Source: Octopus vulgaris
Lineage: Eukaryota
Length of the DNA stretch: 64,000 bases
Direction: 5' to 3'
Assembly (NCBI GenBank): GCA_951406725.2
Contig: OX597824.1
Coordinates: 50,468,001-50,532,000 of the forward strand
The notes beneath the pieces are model-generated. The model saw only the letters and a program-made list of their open reading frames with translations, made no database searches and was not told the DNA's origin. Of the stretch, positions 53,509 to 64,000 are shown one piece after another (within the stretch, counting starts at the first letter, position 1; every line of letters starts with the position of its first letter). The position numbers and the translations under genes are program-made.

Positions 53509-55469
53509 AACACATAAAAATATGCATTTATATGTGCGTATACACAACCATACATACATGCATGCACCCACATGTTCATACCTATATATTATACATAAAC
53601 GTGTTATGTATATGATAAGGAATGCAGGACTTATGTGTTCTATATCTACTATCATATGAGTGTGTGCGCGCGCCTGCGTGTTTGTGTGTGTGTGTGTATG
53701 CGTGTGTGTGTGTACGAGTGTGTATGTGTGTGTGTGTACGTGTGTCTGTCTGTCTTTCTGTCTCTGGGCGGATGTGTTTGTTTATAAACATATGCTATTC
53801 ATAAATGCTTGCGGGTGTTTGTCCGCTTCGGGTGTTTATATAATTGTGTGTGTGTGTGTGTGTGACAATGTGCGTATGTGTGTGTGTGTGTCTACGTGTG
53901 TCCGCATGCGTCTTGGATCTAGTAAGCACGTGTCGTTGTTTATATTATTGTTGTCTGGCCGGTGTGGTAATGAGAATAGTTGCCGTGGATTAGGGTAAGG
54001 GTCGTGGCGATAACGCTATTGTTGGATTTGGTTCTGCAGAGAATGAAGATGGTGAGGATGGGTGATATGACGGAGGAGAAAGGGGATCTGGTGGATGGGA
54101 ATGAAGGGGACGAGGGAGAGGATGATGAATTGAAAAGGAAGCGCGGAAGGGGGGAGAATAGGAGGAAAAAGAGGAGAAAGATAGGAAGAAGCGGAGCATG
54201 AGAAATAGGAGGATGAAGATGATGAGAGCGAGAGGAGGAGGAGGATGAGGAAGGTGAGGAGAAAGAAGGAAGTAAGAGAGGAGGAAAAGGGGGAGAAAGA
54301 GAAGGAGGAAGAGGAAGGGTGGGGAGAAGGGAGAAGGAAGAAGAGAGTGAGAGGAGGAGAATGGGGAGGGGGAGAAGGGAAGAAAAGGGGAGGGAAAGGG
54401 GGGAGAGTGGAGGAAGAGGAGATGAAGAAGGAAAAGAAAGAAAGAAAGGAAGAGGAGATTGTGGATATCAAGATAACGATGAAACGGGCTAAGTTGATGA
54501 TTATGCTGATGTTCATGACGACAATGACGACGTCGATGAAAGAGGTGGTGGTGGTTGTGGTGGTGGTAGCGGTGGCTGTGGCAGCGGTGCAGTGGTAATG
54601 CTGGTGCTAGTGTTAGTGATAATGATGATGATGATGACGACGACCAACACCTACAGAGCAAATATGCGAGAAATTATTCCAATCATTACACGTGACCTTT
54701 TCATTGAAACTAAAATCCATTCCGTTTCTATAAAAATAAAAACTTCAAAACATCTTTTTAAAATTTTTTTTTAGATTTTCATATCGTCTACATGAAACGA
54801 TTACATAATAAATAGGAACGAAATCGCGTCAAACGTAAACCAATCGACTGCTAAGCAGCTTCGACAATAAATATCTTACGTTGTCTGAGAAATGACTGCC
54901 ATTGTTCAGTGACTGATATTCTAACTCGTTTAATGGCAGTGGAATTCCAAATGGCACCAAAGACCAATCAAAAGCTACTGCAGACTGAAGCTACATAAAT
55001 GTGAATGAACTCTTGAACAAATCCAATACCCTCTTCATTAAGACCACCACCATAGCATATCTATCTTCGTAGACAGCCGATCAGACATAGCTTGAGAACA
55101 CTTAGAACATTAAACCTATTTAAATGGGAGGAAAATTTCTTTCGAATTCTCTAAACTATCGTCATACGGTGAATGTTAGCTATGACATCACTAAAGATTA
55201 TCTAGTGTGACAACACCTATGTAATAACACTTATGGATAATCTGGATAGTATCTATTGGATAACCAATGCAAGTCTGTCTGTGTATACCATCGTATACTC
55301 TGGAACGATACCTACACGTGGTGATGAAATTACTCAGCGTGAGCCATCTAGGTGGACAACAAAAGCTACAAGATAGTATTTAATGTCTGTAGAAGCAATC
55401 ACTGTTTTTGACGCTGTTTTCGCTGGCTTATTTCTTCTGGTTTAAAGTTGCCGTCTCGAGTCATGCTAA

Positions 55470-55660
55470 CATATCAGTACCGGTTTCATGGCGTATACAT
55501 TTCCCACCCGGACGGGACACCGGTGGTCACAAAATTACTCATCTTTGTCAGTTGAGTTGACTGAAATGAAGTGCTTTGCTCAAAAACACAACGCGTTGCC
55601 CGGTCTAGGAATCGAAACCACAATCTTACGATCATGAGTCCAACACCCTAACGCGCCTCC
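55470..55660 (-). mobile_element. tRNA-derived SINE (head related to 12328)
   Basis: Minus strand: ggaggcgcgttagggtgttggactc..ggtttcgattcctagaccggg..gtgtcccgtccgggtggg. Confidence 0.65.
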
Positions 55661-56501
55661 ACAATAACTTAGAAAGCCCTTTTTATGATGGTAATATTTG
55701 TATCTGATGCTATAAATCTTCAGAAAATATATACTTCTTTTTTTTTTCATGGTACTAAATCCACTCTGATTTCTTCTACAAAAAACCAGAATGAATATAT
55801 AAGGGTCTGCTAAAACATATACCACCAGTGTAATCTAATGGTGATCTGCACCGGAAGTATTTACCACACTAAGAAAATGTTGGAGTTAATAACGTTTTCA
55901 GTTATTTGTATGGAAGGAACTTGACCAAAAACAATAGTAAAAGGTGTTCAAACTTGAAAGAGGAACCTCAATAAACTGGTTTCCGAACAGAAAAGCATTC
56001 AGATTAAGGGTCTCTTCTTTATTTCGCTTGTTCTCATACCTTAACTAAAGAGCTATTGCAATACACGAAACAAAATTAGGTAGAAAAACCTTAACTGATA
56101 CTATTAATATTCTGTATAAAATTCTACAAAACCTAAATGTATTCCTATGGAAGTTGCATTTGTTAATGGTAAATTTTAATCAGAAATCGCCACTGAGAAA
56201 CAGCCCAGGTGAAAGAAACTGAATCAGAAGATATCCGTTATTTAATTTTGAATCAGGCGGTGACGAATTTATCGATTACAAGTTTCAAATTAACCTGTTG
56301 CTGTTTACTGCAGAGAGCAGAAACAATGCGCCACTGTTATCAATTCATTTAAAAGATAAAGTCCTTGAAACAATAAAGGACTTAGGAGACTTTGTTTCAA
56401 AGTAAACATAAGAAACTAATACTAAAATGTGAAACAAAAAAAAAAAAGATTTAACTCAAACACAATCGTACATTTACAGTCAATATTTAGAAGAAAAGGT
56501 G

Positions 56502-56532
<31 letters not shown>

Positions 56533-56801
56533 CATACATACATACATGAGAAGTAGTGCTTATCGTCACTTTATTATGACTGTTCCGTAGGAACGATGTT
56601 ACTACCGTTTTTAACCCCAGGAAGAGTCTTCTCCAGTTGATTATCGATATGTATTGCAAGCAGGGGAACGAACCGTTACCATCCCCTAGCAGTAGTAACG
56701 TCGTCCCTATGGAACAGCCATTTTGATGCGGTGATAAACATTACTGTTCAGTATAGTTACTACTTTAATCTCTTATAGAGATTTTCTAACTAGTTACTTT
56801 G

Positions 56802-56899
<98 letters not shown>

Positions 56900-56916
56900 C
56901 ACATACATACACACAC

Positions 56917-56976
<60 letters not shown>

Positions 56977-58018
56977 CATATATACAGGCATACCCACACA
57001 TATAGAAACAGATATGTATACACACATATATATAAGAATATATATATATATATACGTATGCATATATAATACATACACCACACGCGCTCGCACACACTTA
57101 CAGACAGACAGACTCACACACACACATCTTCATTGTGAAATAGTGAAAAACCAAAAATGTACATCAGAATTCCGGAAAAGGCTGATCGAACGTCAAATAG
57201 ATGTAGCAACACAGGATGTAGGAAAATTATCAACGGAAATTCTCCAAATAAAAGGCGACATTGAGAAGTAGGTAGAAGCCTTTACTTAATAATATCTTCA
57301 CTTTTATCGCCAATGTGCTCCGCTTTCACGTCGTATAAGAAATAATAATGTATGGAAGCTTAGTGGTTTTTGTAAAAGGAGAGATAATATCGTTGTCTAC
57401 ACAAGAAGACAAATATTTCACACCCTAATAACTGGCACTTAGCTCTGATCAATTTTAAGTTCCCAATTTCGGGGCAGATTTTCACCCGAAGGCGAATGCA
57501 ATCAAAAGAGGAAGCTGAATTGCTTTATCGACCTCACAAGATGATAAAATGATAAAAATGATAAAAAGTGAAATAAAAACTAGTGACAAACTGAAAGATT
57601 TATTTCACGTGTGAAATGAGATGTAAAGAACACAACATGACAAATATCTTAAACTAGCTGATAACGAGTATTTTAAACTAGTTGATAACACAAATATACT
57701 ACATAGAACTCTGAAGAATAAAAAAAGAAATTCTTTGTTAATAAACAATGCAAAACAAATCGCCGGCTTGGGAATTGAAATTACACACTTATGCCCGTGA
57801 GGAAAACAACCGAAGTATTAGTACCATGTGTCTTCTGGCGCTTAACGGATTGTGTGTGTGTGTGTGTGTGGTGTCTATGCATGGACTAGTAGTTATCACC
57901 GGTATATAAATTTATAACCCCTTGATTTGTAACTTGTTTGATAAGTGCCAACTTTCAAAGATAAATCAATGTAACATCTACCAATTATTAATAGAAAAAA
58001 TAGAAGATATATTTACAC

Positions 58019-58119
<101 letters not shown>

Positions 58120-58209
58120 TAATAATAATGATGATGATGATGATGCCGATGATGATGATAATAATAATGATAACAACAACAACAACAACAACAATAATAG
58201 TAATAATGC

Positions 58210-58420
58210 ATTCTACTGTAGGCGCAAGGCCTGAAAACTTAGGTGACGGTTAAGTCGATCAACTGGCTAAGTCGATCAACTGGTACTTAATTTATTGACC
58301 CTGAAAAGATGAAAGGCAAATTCGAACTCGGTGGAATTTGAACTCAGAACGTAAAGACGCACGAAATGCCGCTAAGCATTTTGTCCGACATGCTAACGAT
58401 TCTGCCAGTTCACCGCTTTA
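58210..58420 (-). mobile_element. SINE family B
   Basis: ggaatttgaactcagaacgtaaagac..gctaacgattctgccagttcaccgc. Confidence 0.75.
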
Positions 58421-58432
58421 ATAATAATAATG

Positions 58433-58514
<82 letters not shown>

Positions 58515-58568
58515 CAATAATAATTTTACCCCAGTGTCACTTTGATGGCATGCACTGCTCTCTCACTC

Positions 58569-58606
<38 letters not shown>

Positions 58607-58662
58607 TAATAATAATAAGAAGAAGAAGAACAACAACAACAACAACAACAACAAAAATAATA

Positions 58663-58756
<94 letters not shown>

Positions 58757-58764
58757 ATAAATAA

Positions 58765-59242
58765 ATGTATATTGTTTTAGTCTTGGTATAAAAGATAAGC
58801 TACAGCAAATATTTTGTTCAGTACCACAGTTACTTCACCTTAATCAGTTGAGCATGTCCCTTAGTGGCTGACGATATGTACATCTCTGATCACAAGCAGA
58901 AGTGGGTGGGACATCATAGCCATGTATTGAGAGAAATTCTTTCGAGTTTGAACAATTTACCTCTGGAAACATGGGTGTTTTGTCCATCATCCTTAAAACA
59001 AACCTTATTCAGGGACCTTTTGATCGGGTTGGGCTATTCGACCTGAAGGAAAATCTACTGGGCCCCACCTGCAAGGTCATGCGTTGTTTATCTTGATATA
59101 AAATCATCATGTCACGCTCATATGGTTGCGATACATGTACCTGGTATACCCTCATCAGACGAATAGTTACGATGTGCATATTGAGAGTCGTATATTTGTA
59201 CCCAGTGTCACTGTGATGGCATGCACTGCTCCCTTACTCAAT
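58765..59242 (+). repeat. Copy of the ~500-bp (TAA)n-embedded element (short 3' fragment also at 58525-58571)
   Basis: Reverse complement of 24386-24850. Confidence 0.8.
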
Positions 59243-59258
59243 CATACTACTACTACTG

Positions 59259-59351
<93 letters not shown>

Positions 59352-59486
59352 GTAATAATAATAATAATACTAATGATATATATATATGCATGTATGTATG
59401 CATATTTGTACAGATATATACATATACACACATACATACACATACACATACACATACATGCATACATACATACATGCATACATACA

Positions 59487-59517
<31 letters not shown>

Positions 59518-61346
59518 GCAAAAGCATATTTATACTGTTTACAAGAGTGAAAGCGTGTTTCTATGCCTATTCATGTCTGCGCATATATATGTGTCTGGAT
59601 AGGATTTAAGGTTTACTTAATAACAGATGAAGACGTGATGATAATTATTTGTATAAGTGTGTGCACGTGACTTCATATATATTAATAGAAGCGCATTTTG
59701 CTTGGAAACGACGCATGGGCAATATGTACTACAATAGTCATACGACATATAAGTGCATAAATATACTGATACACGCATATATGAATGAATCCAGTAAACA
59801 TATACACAGTCACTCGGCTAAAGGTGTTTATAGAATAATTATGTGCACATACACTTACGCACGTACTCACACACATGCACATACACATATATACATAAAT
59901 GAGATACACAGAGGGAGAGTAAGAGAGAGCTAAAGAGATTATTGTTTTTATATATATATATATATCAAAGGTTGAACAAAGAACACAAGGAGAAAAAAAT
60001 TAGACTCCAAAGCATTGCAAATGAGAAACTAGATGAAAACTTAACGGACGGGAAATATAGACAAAGACACAATACACGAAATCTTCGCAGCTGAGTTTGT
60101 CTCGTCAGTCAATGACCCAAAATATCATAGTGTTTTCGCGCCATTGCCATTGAGACCATTCAATTTCGGAGGCGCAGGGAAAAAGCTAGCAAATGTATAC
60201 TAATACAGGAACAAAAAAGACATTATATAAATACAACAGACAAAGAATTATGCATATAAAACACCACGAGCCCTTACAGCTATAAACAACATAAGAAAAG
60301 AAAATATACATATACTACAAATACAACAGAAAGAGTTTGGCAGCTATTGAACGAAGTTAGTGAGGTTGCGCAAAGATGGAATGAAGTTAGTCCTAGACCA
60401 GCATGAAAATTCTGGTGAAAGGCAGGGCGAAAAAGAATAACACCGCCTTCTCCAGACACCGGTCACGTGGTAGGGAAGAAGAAAGAGCACAATATGTAGA
60501 AAAAGTTAGACGCTATACCAGAGCAAACGGGAAACTAGGCAAAAACTTAACGGGCGGGAAATTTAGACAAACACACAATACACGGAATATTCGCAGATGA
60601 ACAGCCTTCAGAGGGGGCCTTGTAGCATGTTTAACATTCCTGGCTACCTGCTTTAAGAGGCGACACCTAATAGTTTTCGATACGTCTTCCCTGCCACAAA
60701 GTTTGAAGACTTCACTACTTGTCAGACATTGATTCCGCACAATTTCCCTTTTCACACTTGACAAAGTACGATTCGAATCAACCCTCGATTCACTCTTATC
60801 TCGACTAGGCAGAAATAGGAGACTGCACAAATTTCTTCACTGTTCGGTGATCCCTTCCCAGTATTTTTGATATTTCTATGGTTGTTTTTCCGTTTCCAAA
60901 CCTTGACACGATGATTGACTTTTCATTTGAGGTAAGATCACGTTCCTGACCCATAAAGACACTTAATTGGGCACCTGCTTAATAATTTGGGACAGTAGAA
61001 ATGTTGCTGCTACAGGATAATGGCCGACGTATATTTCTGTTTGCACAAATTTATTCAGATAGGTGTTGCCAACAGTGAGTGGGGGGAACAACTGGTTTTG
61101 AACGAATATACATTTATTTATTGAGAAAAGGTTGATTTGCCTAATAATGTGGGATGCAGTATATCATTATCACTGGTATATAAATTTATGACCTTTTTGT
61201 AACCTGTTTGATAAGTGCCAACTTTCGACGATAAGTCAATGTAACTTTTACCAATTATTAATAGAAAATATATTTACTCACGTTTTGAGTTCTAGTTTTT
61301 CTGTTTGCATCACGATAAGCCCAATCTTACGATCATATATACATAT

Positions 61347-61427
<81 letters not shown>

Positions 61428-61746
61428 TGTATGCATGTATGGATATACATATATGTGTATCTGCATATATATAAGGCAGGATGTGTGTGTGCGTACGTGA
61501 ATGTAGTTTATGCACATCCACAAATTAGCACACATGTCGCTCAAATTTTAGGAGGACATTCGTCACGATCCTAGCTGTATTTTCGTCAAATTATTTTCCC
61601 CGAGGCACCTGCGAATAGGGGTAAATAATTTTGAGCCATAACTTCTAAGGATTTCCATGGCTGAGAAATTCACCATTGTTTACAAACCAAACATGGGTTA
61701 AGTCCCCTTCTAGCGACGGTGTAAAGAGAGGGAGACAGAGAAAGAG

Positions 61747-61797
<51 letters not shown>

Positions 61798-61956
61798 TAA
61801 CAGATTTAAAAAATTTCTTTTTTGTGAGTGATTGACAGACGGGTTGTTATGTATGTATGTATGTATGTGTGAATGGCTTCAGTCACACACACACAGACAC
61901 ACACAATAGCATGTATGCGTACAAAACACATGCATGCAATGTGTGTGTGTTGCCCG

Positions 61957-61996
<40 letters not shown>

Positions 61997-62374
61997 ATAT
62001 AAACGATATTCTCCGTTTCTCCACAACTAATTTCTAAATTAGCTGAACCCGTTGCTCTACTCATAGCGATACAACTGATCGTGCGTGAAAATGGAAGAGA
62101 GCAGAGGTTACCAGAGCAAAAGACCTACGTGTTGACTGTAGACACGCTCCTTCGCAAACGATCAGCTATTATTTTGTAAACAATGTTTCTTCTTGTTACA
62201 AAACTTACGTCCGGGTGCCAAATTTGCTTTAATTGATGGTATTACTCGGGTAGAAGGTGGTGGTGGGACAGTGACAGGGGCAAAGGCGTGCAAAAACATG
62301 AATGCAATAGGTGCATGTACGTATATCTTTGTGTGTGTGTATGTGTGTGTGTGTTGCCCATATATATATACTTA

Positions 62375-63104
62375 GTTGTGATCTGAACATAACCGCTTCT
62401 CCCACAGAGAACCGGGGGCCCTTTTGGGTGTTCTATTTTTTGGGCTTTCTATTCCTTGCTGGAAGGGTTCTCAACCCATGGGCAAAGTGGGGTTACATGA
62501 TAGGGGTGGTGTTTTCAAAAGGGTTGACGTATGCAACCTGGTCACCTCTGCTGTTCAAACTCCCAACCTATGCGCTGCCATCGCGACACAGTTTCTGCAG
62601 AACTGGGTTGGATATAAAAACCAACTTTAAAGTATAAATATAGATGTTTTTGAATCAGCAATGCTCGGTTAAGTTCTATTTGGGGTGAAAAATCAATAAA
62701 CTATTTCCTTATGGGGTTTTCCATTTAATCAGGATAAAAAAAAATGATAAACCGATTCCTTATAGGACTTTCCCCTAAAATTGGTTATACCTCATTTTCA
62801 ACCATAACGTCTACCAATTTTGATGTATTTTGTTCAAACTTGATGCCAGCATTACTTACGACACATGGGATCTTTGAATGCTTTAAGTTCTCCAAAAACG
62901 AAAAAAAAAAAAAAAACAATCGATAAACCGATTCCTTATGGGATTTCCCAATCAAATTGTCTGCAATATTTCAGCCAAAAGTTTACCAATTTCAACGGAT
63001 TTCACTCAAATTTGACGTCGATGTTACTTAGTTTGCTTTGAAATAAAGAGCTTGATTAGCTTAATAACCCTAATTTAATCCCGTGCAAAGCCGGGCTATA
63101 CTGC

Positions 63105-63108
<4 letters not shown>
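62375..63108 (+). mobile_element. Putative non-autonomous Helitron (5' end uncertain)
   Basis: 3' hairpin cccg-tgcaaagc-cggg followed by CTAG|T at 63104-63108. Internal repeat gataaaccgattccttat. Confidence 0.55.
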
Positions 63109-63141
<33 letters not shown>

Positions 63142-63597
63142 TATGCATTTATCTATGTATTTGCATTTGTAAAGTTTAGCTTGACTATTCAGTCGTATCA
63201 CACGCATACGTACACACACACACGTACACACACATACACACACACACACAGACACACACACACACACACAGTCGCACGAATACACTCACGTGATGAACAT
63301 ATTTTTAACCTATATTTTCATGAATTTTTGATTCTTGGGATTAGTAAAGTCCCAGATAAAATGTTTTGTGCTACTAACACCCTTTTCTTTACGATATGTT
63401 TCAAAATCTTGTAGTGTCTAAGTTTTGCTTTTTTTTAAAGTTTCAGTGTTTCATAACATAAATACCACTTATACACTTAGGGCTATAAATAATTTCGATC
63501 TTGCCCCAAATTTCTGATAATGTTTTTATGTTAGAATCTATTTCGAATAAATAGCGTCTTACTGCACACTTCTGACTTATTTCATCGTTTATCTTTT

Positions 63598-63720
63598 ACT
63601 AGCAGTATAACCCGGCCTTGCCCGGGATTAAGTTACGATTATTAAGCTAATCAAGTTCTTTATTTCAAACCAAACTAAGTAATATAGACGTCAAATTTGG
63701 GCGAAGTCCGTTGAAATTAG
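63598..63720 (-). mobile_element. Helitron-like 3' end
   Basis: Minus strand ttaatcccgggcaaggccgggttatactgctagt, nearly identical to 63075-63108. Confidence 0.55.
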
Positions 63721-63730
63721 TTATATTATA

Positions 63731-63787
<57 letters not shown>

Positions 63788-64000
63788 ACATATATATATT
63801 ATATATATATTATATATATTATATATATATAATATAATATAAATATATATGGCCAACAGACACGAACACACATACACACACGTACGTACGTACAAATATT
63901 GCATGTTTTGGGCACGCATACATCTTCATAAATATAAATAAATGGAAAAAATGTTGTTAATTTAGATTAACACTCGCACAATTTTCGCTAAGAAAAAAAT

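Noticed and set aside
55474-55490. Minus-strand gaaaccggtactga, identical to the 3717 HHR 3' half
   Set aside because: It lies in a SINE tail with no 5' core or stem II.
60075-60105. Minus-strand CTGACGA
   Set aside because: Followed by GAAG, not GAAA, with no stem pairing.

Overview
Repeat-dense, AT-rich animal genomic DNA. The microsatellite load and SINE-like families resemble an octopod cephalopod, which is an inference. I found no convincing host exon, and most ORFs in the track are translated microsatellites. The window holds: a young Penelope-like element (PLE; RT + GIY-YIG) in a head-to-head inverted arrangement at the left edge; decayed Tc1 and mariner transposases; three Tx1/L1-type LINEs; an ORF1-only L1/Tx1-like retroposon with a TSD; R4/Dong-like and CR1-like relics; many tRNA-type SINEs; a pogo-like MITE; and Helitron-like 3' ends. 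The most interesting signal is a dispersed set of about 10 type I hammerhead ribozyme (HHR) motifs. One lies in the PLE 3' repeat and has a compensatory U3-A8 core. The rest lie in short non-coding, often fold-back elements, mostly near (TA)n tracts. This suggests a family of non-autonomous, ribozyme-bearing hairpin retroelements mobilised by PLEs. Also notable are a correctly phased TTTTTTA -1 slippery site at the start of the PLE RT frame and apparent microsatellite-specific targeting by Tx1 and Dong-like elements. All structures were read by eye, so coordinates of decayed elements are approximate.
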